A model generated the notes under the pieces. That model ran no database searches and had not been told where the DNA came from. It saw only the letters and a program-made list of their open reading frames with translations. DNA of 64,000 nt from a virus. Its lineage: Duplodnaviria > Heunggongvirae > Uroviricota > Caudoviricetes. Made by a program: the position numbers and the translations under genes. Of this stretch, positions 46,708 through 54,630 are shown piece after piece. The stretch is taken from IMG/VR virus record IMGVR_UViG_3300032030_000019. One strand, given 5' to 3'. The first letter of the stretch is position 1; each line of letters opens with the position of its first letter.

Positions 46708-47138
46708 TATTTTTGCACTCCAAACTTTCCTATCAAAGTCTCCATATCTAATTTTTGGTCAGCACTTACATCTTCTTTAATACGGTAGAACAATAAATCT
46801 TCCTCACTACCCACCAAAGCACGTTTATATGTTTTGATAGAATACACACGATTATCGTTAAACCCATAATATTGTGACAATGTGTCTATAATGAATTTCA
46901 GACAATTGTCGAGGTCTTTTCGTCCAAGTGAGGTGTGTAAGTAAAAACCTAACTCGAGCGATAATTTCACCTTATCAGGTACTGTAGCCCCCACGTCGAC
47001 TTTACTCATTTGTGAGAATGCGTGCTCACGTATCGCAACACATTCGGGATTCATACATTTCCTACGATGTGCCAATATATACATCGAATTTACTGATGGA
47101 AAGTATTTTACCTTAAATACGCCTTGTACATCATACAT
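46707..47138 (-). CDS. rusA: RusA-family Holliday junction resolvase
   Basis: RKDLDNCLKFIIDTL matches the RusA D-x-D-N-x-x-K-x-x-x-D motif; size about 140 aa. Confidence 0.65.
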   Translation of the reverse strand: MYDVQGVFKVKYFPSVNSMYILAHRRKCMNPECVAIREHAFSQMSKVDVGATVPDKVKLSLELGFYLHTSLGRKDLDNCLKFIIDTLSQYYGFNDNRVYSIKTYKRALVGSEEDLLFYRIKEDVSADQKLDMETLIGKFGVQK

Positions 47139-47167
47139 TGGGAACTACACTCCATATAATAACAAAA

Positions 47168-47884
47168 TTATTCCGTTTTGTCAAGTACTTTTTCTTCTTT
47201 CAGTACTTTTTTCTTCTTTTTCGATTTGATTGGAACCTGTTCGTTTTGCAAGGCTCTTTTGTTTTCTTCGATCATTTCCTCGATTGTATCAACTTGCTTT
47301 ATCGGCGATGCAAAAACCTGTTCCGCTTCCTCAACCTTATTTAGAATAGCCTTTCCATCTTTATCAATTCCGCCAAATACTAATTTTTCTGTCTGAACTT
47401 CATTTCCGCCATTCTCAGATGGTATCTGTGTATGCCTATAAGTATCTTCCTCGTAGCGCTCACCCGCCCCCAAAACAGCATTGTTGTCTAAATCCACCAT
47501 ATGAGTACTATAATAAGCTCGTAAACGTGTATCAGCAGCCTTGTCAAGATCACCGTTGTAAGCTTCCTTGTCGTTCTCTAGTGCCTGATTAGTATAAGCT
47601 CGCCCAATACGTATGGAAGCATCTAGATCTTCTTTCTCATCATTATCTTTTGCTGCCTGTGCGTTTTTCTTTTTAGCTATTTTTTCTCGAAAACGTTTTA
47701 CCACAGGCTTAACCTTTGACTCATCTACGGGTGGGAACTCAACCTTACCATACTTCTCAAAGTCATGTCTCTTTTTGTCGAAGATTTTCTCTAGTTTCAG
47801 TTCATTGGTGTCTTTTTTAACCGCAAGTAACATGATAAAAATATAAGCCACTACAATCAAAAAGAAATTAACCATACTCAACAT
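47168..47884 (-). CDS. membrane-anchored Lys/Glu-rich protein
   Basis: N-terminal TM (FFLIVVAYIFIMLLAV), then a charged low-complexity region. Confidence 0.45.
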   Translation of the reverse strand: MLSMVNFFLIVVAYIFIMLLAVKKDTNELKLEKIFDKKRHDFEKYGKVEFPPVDESKVKPVVKRFREKIAKKKNAQAAKDNDEKEDLDASIRIGRAYTNQALENDKEAYNGDLDKAADTRLRAYYSTHMVDLDNNAVLGAGERYEEDTYRHTQIPSENGGNEVQTEKLVFGGIDKDGKAILNKVEEAEQVFASPIKQVDTIEEMIEENKRALQNEQVPIKSKKKKKVLKEEKVLDKTE

Positions 47885-47887
47885 AAA

Positions 47888-48454
47888 TTACTCCTTAGTT
47901 TTTTGTGCATTTGTTATTGCTATTTGAAAAGCTTCCTTGGTTTCAAACAATTCGCTTCCATTCCCATAAAAGACCACGTTATAGCGAAGCATTTCACGTA
48001 CGAGCGACGAACTAACGTACGCTATACTTGGGTCAGACATAATATATAACGTTTGTACGTACCCATTAAGCCTACGATTAATATGTTCGAGATTTTGTTC
48101 ATAACTCAAATCTGACACATCACGTAAGCCACGTATAAGCGCTTCAGCACCTACTTCAGCACAATATTGCATGGTCGTACGATTAGGTGCAAGCGTACGT
48201 ACGAACAACTTTTCCCTATGTGGCATATCCCCTTCTAACGACGCAAAAATAATATCCATGCGAACGTCCGTGCTAAACATAGGTGCTAACTTTCCAGGAT
48301 TAGACGCAACAAGAATATGCACTTCATCAAACACATCCAACGTCATGACTTTACGTATAATCTCCGTATGCCCCTTTGTAAACGGATCAAATGTACCTGG
48401 AAATACCGCTATCTTATTTTTACATTCTCTATCGGTAGACACATCGCTTGGCAT
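47888..48454 (-). CDS. coaD: phosphopantetheine adenylyltransferase (CoaD/PPAT)
   Basis: IAVFPGTFDPFTKGHTEII, LIRGLRDVSDLSYEQNLEHINRRL, SSSLVREM align block by block with bacterial PPAT. Confidence 0.85.
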   Translation of the reverse strand: MPSDVSTDRECKNKIAVFPGTFDPFTKGHTEIIRKVMTLDVFDEVHILVASNPGKLAPMFSTDVRMDIIFASLEGDMPHREKLFVRTLAPNRTTMQYCAEVGAEALIRGLRDVSDLSYEQNLEHINRRLNGYVQTLYIMSDPSIAYVSSSLVREMLRYNVVFYGNGSELFETKEAFQIAITNAQKTKE

Positions 48455-48466
48455 GGTCCCTCCTTG

Positions 48467-48952
48467 TTATTTTTCTTTAGACTGCTTCTCCCAAAACTCA
48501 ATAAGATATGGATACTCGTAGCTAAAATTCGTTTCAAGCCATTTTATAGTATCGAAATCATATTCCCTAAAACTTACTCTGTTTCTATCACGTACGTTTT
48601 CATTACTTAACCCACGTCCAGCCGCAGCACTTGATGCAAAGTTTGACGCACGTTTTCGCACCTCTATGGATGAAACGTCAGTGTTACGTATGGTTTCTTT
48701 AAAAGGTTCGAAACCTAAGTACACACTACGTATCCATCCAAAGTTGGTGCGTACCCATCCATCCGTTTGTAAACCTAACGTCATTACCAACGTATTTTGT
48801 GTTAGAATATGTAGCTTCAACGATTGTACATTTGGTTCGGAATATGTCACGGATTTACGTGGTAACACATACATTTCCTCACATAGGCTTACGTATGCGC
48901 TTATCCATAGTAAAAACGTAGAGATTAATGCCATTTTATATAATCTTTTCAT
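48467..48952 (-). CDS. secreted or membrane-anchored hypothetical protein
   Basis: N-terminal signal-like helix MALISTFLLWISAYVSLC. Confidence 0.45.
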   Translation of the reverse strand: MKRLYKMALISTFLLWISAYVSLCEEMYVLPRKSVTYSEPNVQSLKLHILTQNTLVMTLGLQTDGWVRTNFGWIRSVYLGFEPFKETIRNTDVSSIEVRKRASNFASSAAAGRGLSNENVRDRNRVSFREYDFDTIKWLETNFSYEYPYLIEFWEKQSKEK

Positions 48953-48960
48953 ATTTACCT

Positions 48961-50316
48961 CTATTTCGCTTTAAGAAGGGGTATGTTATTTAGATCTACT
49001 TCTTTATTAGAATCTGCACAGCCTGAACCGGGAAGTGTTACGGGGTCAAGACAGTTTTTGAGCCATTCGTAAAGATCGCGACTGATTTCCTCAAATCTCC
49101 CATTCTTGTCCATAAGATAATGTGTGCTAGCCAACATACCACCGCGGTACTTCGGCACATTGATAACCCCAATATGATTCTGTCCACCCTTAAAAGGAGG
49201 GAAGGAAATTGTAATCATATTATCCACAATTTGCTGCTTTCGGCTACTCTCATTACCCGACTCTAGAGGAAGTATTTCTTCACTGTAATAATTGGGTTTA
49301 GGCTGACATGCTACAAAGACCCATTTCCCTGGTCGGTCACTGAGGGCCTTGAGCTGATTGTATGTCGTTTCACCCTTTTGATACATTTCTTCCTCAGAAG
49401 CAAAGTTACTGTCATAATCAGCAATAAACACATCGTACTCATCATAATACCCCTTTGATTTAATAAATGAGATCCAGTTAGTACAAGATATCTGATCAGG
49501 CGTGAAATACTGTATCAAGAGGTTATCAAGCCACTTCATCTCAGGGTCATTCATAGCTTGAGTATATACGGTTCTGAAGGTAGTCGCAACACGCGTCATG
49601 GACATACGATATTGCTGGGCCAAAATACGTGTGACAAAATGGAATTCGTTCATATCCCCGAGAGCAAGATACAAGACTTTTTTGCCCTGTTTACAGAACT
49701 CACAGGCCTCCTGGATTAAGAACAGTGATTTACCAGATCCTGGCTTACCACTTACCATAGTTAATGTACGATCAATGTATCCACCGAGAGGTGAACAGTA
49801 ATTAATCATATTCATGGATGACTTCAATGCATTACCTGTCACTTCCTCTTCAAGCTTCGCAATATCGATCTCAGTAAACTTTGACTCTCTGTATATACGT
49901 TTATCCACGTCTTGTATGTTATCAACGTTAAATCCCTGAATTGCACGTACAAAGTCAATAGGTGAACTGAAGTTTTCACGTTTGCATTTATTTATAGCCT
50001 CATTCGTGATTACGTTAGATAATGCATTACGTACAGCATGCAATTCATCTTCAGTGTAGTTCTGCATCTTCTGAAACGCCTGATCCATAACCTGTATCAT
50101 ATCAGACGTATAAGATAAGCTAATCAAGTCATTCTGAAAAGTGGTCTCAGTGTAATTCCCCTGTGAGATAATATCATATTTATCATCAATTAACTTCAAT
50201 AATTTCTCGAATTCAGTATATCCAAAGTATTTCGACTTCAGATATTCCATATTCGATTTAGCTATTGAAGCTACACTTGGATTAAAACAAGAAATTATCA
50301 AATCTACTTCTTGCAT
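48961..50316 (-). CDS. replicative DNA helicase (DnaB / T4 gp41-like SF4)
   Basis: GGYIDRTLTMVSGKPGSGKSLFLIQEA (H1/Walker A); DVFIADYD (Walker B-like). Confidence 0.7.
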   Translation of the reverse strand: MQEVDLIISCFNPSVASIAKSNMEYLKSKYFGYTEFEKLLKLIDDKYDIISQGNYTETTFQNDLISLSYTSDMIQVMDQAFQKMQNYTEDELHAVRNALSNVITNEAINKCKRENFSSPIDFVRAIQGFNVDNIQDVDKRIYRESKFTEIDIAKLEEEVTGNALKSSMNMINYCSPLGGYIDRTLTMVSGKPGSGKSLFLIQEACEFCKQGKKVLYLALGDMNEFHFVTRILAQQYRMSMTRVATTFRTVYTQAMNDPEMKWLDNLLIQYFTPDQISCTNWISFIKSKGYYDEYDVFIADYDSNFASEEEMYQKGETTYNQLKALSDRPGKWVFVACQPKPNYYSEEILPLESGNESSRKQQIVDNMITISFPPFKGGQNHIGVINVPKYRGGMLASTHYLMDKNGRFEEISRDLYEWLKNCLDPVTLPGSGCADSNKEVDLNNIPLLKAK

Positions 50317-50325
50317 TTTAAACTC

Positions 50326-51354
50326 CTAAAAAGATACACAAATTTGCAATGGTTTAGTCGCATCAATCAGTTTGCAAGGTCTTGTCGTACAAACTTTATC
50401 AAAATTAACCCGAATTCCACTATCAAGACAATTCTTTATTCTTCGTCTAAACTCCTCTAATCCATATTGCATTAGAAGCTCTTCTGAATCGGCCCCTGAT
50501 GACGGTATTATGTCACTTTTAATTCCTTCACCCCGTAATTTTTTAACCACGTCATTCGATAATTTGGTCTCATCCATCATTGAATACACCTTACCGAATA
50601 AGCCCAAATGTTGTAATAACTGTATTTGATATGGAGTAGGAACCTTGCCTAAAAGCGCGACTACATTTACAGCGTCTCCTACTACTATCTTCAATGCGAT
50701 TGCTGTTAAAGCACCCTCAACCAAAATAGTTGTGCTTTTCTTCCCCCATTCAACATGCCCGTTAAAGTTGGGTACGATATAAACAGGTTTTTTATCTATC
50801 GGTGGATTAAAGTACTTCGACCCCGTCGGACTAAGGTTTACATCTATATACCTGAATTGGTAGTAATACGGCCTCTGATGTAAATCAAAATAAGGAATGA
50901 TTATTTTGGGAGCCTTAAACTTTAGTCTACAAAAATTCTGACGCACATCATAGAATTTATTCCGATTATGTATATAGACACCACCTGCATTCGCATTAGA
51001 CACAAATTCAGCACCATCGTACGCACGTGTGTCTATCCTACATAACTCAAACTCCTCTTCATCAGGTCCGGATAAAAGCACGTCTAGATCTACTTCTCTA
51101 CTTAATTCAGCTAATTTGTCCTTAAAAACAGCCTCACATCGAAAACATTTACCCCACGTACAGTCCTTATTTATACTGAGGTTCTTTTTATCATAACGTA
51201 AGTTGCCTCGTCGTTCATTACGTTCTTTACATCGTGGGCAAACGCAACGAACGAACTCACCACTGTCTACTACGTCTTCCGAACGTATTAAGTCCTGTAA
51301 CTCACCTTTCTCACATTCAATTACTTCAAAACCGTCTGTCTTGTTCCATTGCAT
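50326..51354 (-). CDS. DNA primase (DnaG-like: zinc-binding + TOPRIM)
   Basis: CPRC...C..C zinc ribbon; TOPRIM ILVEGALTAIAL ... GD. Confidence 0.7.
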   Translation of the reverse strand: MQWNKTDGFEVIECEKGELQDLIRSEDVVDSGEFVRCVCPRCKERNERRGNLRYDKKNLSINKDCTWGKCFRCEAVFKDKLAELSREVDLDVLLSGPDEEEFELCRIDTRAYDGAEFVSNANAGGVYIHNRNKFYDVRQNFCRLKFKAPKIIIPYFDLHQRPYYYQFRYIDVNLSPTGSKYFNPPIDKKPVYIVPNFNGHVEWGKKSTTILVEGALTAIALKIVVGDAVNVVALLGKVPTPYQIQLLQHLGLFGKVYSMMDETKLSNDVVKKLRGEGIKSDIIPSSGADSEELLMQYGLEEFRRRIKNCLDSGIRVNFDKVCTTRPCKLIDATKPLQICVSF

Positions 51355-52015
51355 GTTCTGCCCTTATTACATCCTTTACAAGTGTACGTCTATCAACATG
51401 TTTCTTGTATGGATAGATTTCTTGTTCAATATAGTTATAAAAATCAACAATAGACGCAGGTTGATGTGGTTTGACCTGTTTACGTGTTGCATATTTCATT
51501 TCTTCACACTCATTCGGAAATGAACTCAACATCAAATAAACCATGTCTGACGTTAAATATCCTGGATATCGTAAGTCGTCCATCATGACTCTAAACTTAC
51601 CACCATTGACTATTGTGCCTGTCAAGTCAAAATTATCTACGTCGTTATATATACAAAAATCAGGCTCAAATGAATCCAACGTTGTGCGTACACGTAAAAA
51701 GAGCACACGTTTGGCTTCTATTACTGTGATAAGGTTCCATAGCCCACGTGCCTCTAACGTTACGCCTACGTCAAATAATATTTCTTCGTTCAAAACCACG
51801 GCTGGTGTCATAACCAACGTAAACTTATAATTGTTATTACGTAAATACGACGCAAGTGCATAATTCTGTTCAGTCGTGGGTAGCGTGTACATGATGAAGC
51901 GTACGTCCTTATACTTAGCTAACATCATTTTATTCGCTTCAATGGTATCCACGTAGTCGTTTAGGCACGCACGTAGACCATCATGATACAAAATTACATC
52001 TAACATTAAAATCAC
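51326..52015 (-). CDS. hypothetical protein (229 aa)
   Basis: ORF. Confidence 0.45.
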   Translation of the reverse strand: MILMLDVILYHDGLRACLNDYVDTIEANKMMLAKYKDVRFIMYTLPTTEQNYALASYLRNNNYKFTLVMTPAVVLNEEILFDVGVTLEARGLWNLITVIEAKRVLFLRVRTTLDSFEPDFCIYNDVDNFDLTGTIVNGGKFRVMMDDLRYPGYLTSDMVYLMLSSFPNECEEMKYATRKQVKPHQPASIVDFYNYIEQEIYPYKKHVDRRTLVKDVIRAEHAMEQDRRF

Positions 52016-52167
52016 CTTTCAAAAAGAATGAGGGGTTTGCTTCTTACCTCAATCGGACAGGCCGAGAGCGACCGTGAAACCCCTCGAAAAACGTGGAGCA
52101 TTAAAGGAGGTGTAGGCTTTTTACGGAAACCTACAAAACCGTATTAAGAGGAATAAATGACTTAATA

Positions 52168-52602
52168 TTAAACCAATTCCTCGATCGGTGAGTTGTTTAA
52201 CCCATCTACGTATAATCGATCGTAAATGAGTGAACACCACTGAAGGAGTTTTTGAATTGATTTTGTATCAGAAAAAGTCATAATCATACCAATATCTTTA
52301 ACTCGTTCCTCAATCGGTTTTTTACCAGTTGGATCTGACTCCAACTTCACCAAAACGAGACCAGGGACGTCACTAAAATTAAGCTGCGTTACAGCCACGT
52401 CAGGCGAACTCATGTCTACCCCTACGACTGCGATTTTGCCTGTATTTGGGTCACGTCCCTCTTCCATCTTTGCGATTACAGCATCATTAAATCGCTGTAA
52501 AGCGGTTTTTTGTACTGTTGAGGCCCCCTGAGCGAGTTCTGCCTCATTCTTTACTACTTCGTCTTCCATTTCAGAATACTCCTGTTTCTTTTCCTTGTAC
52601 AA
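52168..52602 (-). CDS. hypothetical protein (144 aa)
   Basis: ORF. Confidence 0.45.
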   Translation of the reverse strand: MYKEKKQEYSEMEDEVVKNEAELAQGASTVQKTALQRFNDAVIAKMEEGRDPNTGKIAVVGVDMSSPDVAVTQLNFSDVPGLVLVKLESDPTGKKPIEERVKDIGMIMTFSDTKSIQKLLQWCSLIYDRLYVDGLNNSPIEELV

Positions 52603-53482
52603 CGTTCATGATGTCGTCCACACTAGGCATACGTACGATACTCGGTGATACGCCCAATGGTTTGAAATACGGCTGCGAATTTACTACATTTTTTGCACAA
52701 ATATTTTTATTGCAATTATATCCAAAGTGTTCGGGTTTTGTTTCGCCCCAAATAACTGTGATGTCTGCACCTACGCCTGTTGTCATGTGTTGTAATGACG
52801 AATCTGTACATATAATTTTATCAGCATACTTTGCCAATACGTGATATACTAGATACGGCATAACCATTTTGATAGCACCTTCATAAGAAGGTTCATTTTG
52901 TAATGCGTAATGCAATATGGAACGTCCTGGGTATGCTTTCTTCAGTGCATCAATCAACTCTTGACCTTTATGAAAATTCCTGTGGATCGGTTCAACGGTG
53001 TCATTATAGCCTTGCACTGGCTGAACGGGACTCTGACCACCACAGAACTGAACAATAATGAATTTTCCGAGTTGTTTCTTTACATCTGCTACTATAGCGT
53101 CAATATTAGGGATAGGCTTCTCAATCTGATCAAGAATTGGGACATAATCCATAGCAGGCTTACTCAATTCAATACCATACTCCTGCGCCCATGCATCAAA
53201 CAAATGACATTGTTTTTTGATAAACTTTTGATTGGAGTAGGGCTCTCTCCAAAGCACATCACACTCATCGTCAAGTACTAATTCTTGATATAACGATCCT
53301 TGTCCCATAGGGAATGCATCCGTGACCACGGAACATGCTTTGAATATATCTACATACGGTGAAACTACGTACAACTCTTCGTAGTATTTCGCTAAGTCGG
53401 GCAAGATTGAAGTAAGCATAACATTCTTGCCAACACCACCCTCTACTGTAATGAGGGCACGTTTATTTCTAAGTTCTGACAT
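52571..53482 (-). CDS. glycosyltransferase family 9-like (heptosyltransferase fold)
   Basis: C-terminal ICTDSSLQHMTTGVGADITVIWGET resembles the GT9 signature (NDSGxMHLAAAxGxPxVALFG). Confidence 0.5.
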   Translation of the reverse strand: MSELRNKRALITVEGGVGKNVMLTSILPDLAKYYEELYVVSPYVDIFKACSVVTDAFPMGQGSLYQELVLDDECDVLWREPYSNQKFIKKQCHLFDAWAQEYGIELSKPAMDYVPILDQIEKPIPNIDAIVADVKKQLGKFIIVQFCGGQSPVQPVQGYNDTVEPIHRNFHKGQELIDALKKAYPGRSILHYALQNEPSYEGAIKMVMPYLVYHVLAKYADKIICTDSSLQHMTTGVGADITVIWGETKPEHFGYNCNKNICAKNVVNSQPYFKPLGVSPSIVRMPSVDDIMNVVQGKETGVF

Positions 53483-53530
53483 TAATAACTCCTGTCATTA
53501 ATATAGAGGGGCATTTCACCCCTCTCATTG

Positions 53531-53725
53531 TTAATCTCGGCAAACATACCAATCTCGACTTATAGGCGTAATTGAGATAGGTGCTGTAAGATCTACTGAA
53601 GTTAAGTCTTCTTCGATTACCATTTTCATATTGTTGATTCGTAGAAGGTTCTTGTCGCCATCCTTTCTAAATCCCCAATCGATAGTCTCCATTACACTGT
53701 TTGTGTCTGCAATTTTAAAAATCAT
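53531..53725 (-). CDS. hypothetical protein (64 aa)
   Basis: ORF, ATGA-coupled. Confidence 0.35.
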   Translation of the reverse strand: MIFKIADTNSVMETIDWGFRKDGDKNLLRINNMKMVIEEDLTSVDLTAPISITPISRDWYVCRD

Positions 53726-54420
53726 TTATCTTCACCTTTCTTTTTCTTTACAACTTTAATTTTTTGTTTACCTTCTGAAGATACCACTTTCTTTTCCGAT
53801 GCTTTCTTAACAAGATCGGGTTTACCTTCGTCTGTGATGATTTTAGATACGAGTTCATCTATAAATGCTTCGGCAGCGTCGCCATCGCCATGAACAATCA
53901 CGGTAACACTACTGTCACCGTCCTCATCATCCTCATCGTCCTCATCATCTTCGTAATCCTCGTCGTCATCCTCGTCAACGTCGCCTGCAAATGGACAATC
54001 TGCGCAATCGCCATCACATATGTTGTCGTCATCTTCATCAACGTCTTCATCTTCATCGATGTCCTCATCCTCGTCAACGATTTCGAGTATGGCATCATCA
54101 TCTGTGAGGTTTCGGTCAGCGTCAAATACACACTCGTCAGGATCGAATTCACAACCCTCACATGTGTCTTTACTACACATAAATCCTGCAGCAGATGTTA
54201 ATTCCACACCGCTATCAAACGCTACGGTATCTTGTATGCGTGCTTGCAAAAGTTGTGCATACTGTGATAATGTGGCAATTTGAAGACTAATCAAGATACC
54301 TTCCATGGACTGTTGATGCTTCATTTTTGAGTAAATACATGATAAGTCATGGATTTTCTCCATAACCTTATCTTTTTCGTTCTTTAAATCGACTACTAAG
54401 TCAAATACTGCTTTTTCCAT
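53722..54420 (-). CDS. extremely acidic low-complexity protein (possible DNA mimic)
   Basis: about 80-residue run of Asp/Glu (DEDEDIDEDEDVDEDDD...DEDDDEDYEDDEDDEDDEDGD). Confidence 0.5.
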   Translation of the reverse strand: MEKAVFDLVVDLKNEKDKVMEKIHDLSCIYSKMKHQQSMEGILISLQIATLSQYAQLLQARIQDTVAFDSGVELTSAAGFMCSKDTCEGCEFDPDECVFDADRNLTDDDAILEIVDEDEDIDEDEDVDEDDDNICDGDCADCPFAGDVDEDDDEDYEDDEDDEDDEDGDSSVTVIVHGDGDAAEAFIDELVSKIITDEGKPDLVKKASEKKVVSSEGKQKIKVVKKKKGEDK

Positions 54421-54435
54421 TTTTGTTGTCTCCTG

Positions 54436-54630
54436 TTAAATTTTATATTCTTTTCGGTCCTCGAACTCTTGTGCTCTACCTTTGTTCCAATTTTTAATAG
54501 CCCGATAATACCCAACGATGCGAGAATATACCTCGGTCTCTTGGTCTCTCTTGCCATCAAGTATGTCTTTACGTCGTTGTTCTAGATCGGCTAAGCGATC
54601 TGTAAGTTCTTGTTTACTTGCTACTCGCAT
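54436..54630 (-). CDS. nrdD: glycyl-radical domain of NrdD encoded as a separate, overlapping ORF
   Basis: SRIVGYYRAIKNWNKGRAQEFEDR matches the RxxGYxxxxxxxNxGK glycyl-radical tail of NrdD, but lies in the -1 frame, overlapping the nrdD stop by 10 nt. Confidence 0.6.
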   Translation of the reverse strand: MRVASKQELTDRLADLEQRRKDILDGKRDQETEVYSRIVGYYRAIKNWNKGRAQEFEDRKEYKI

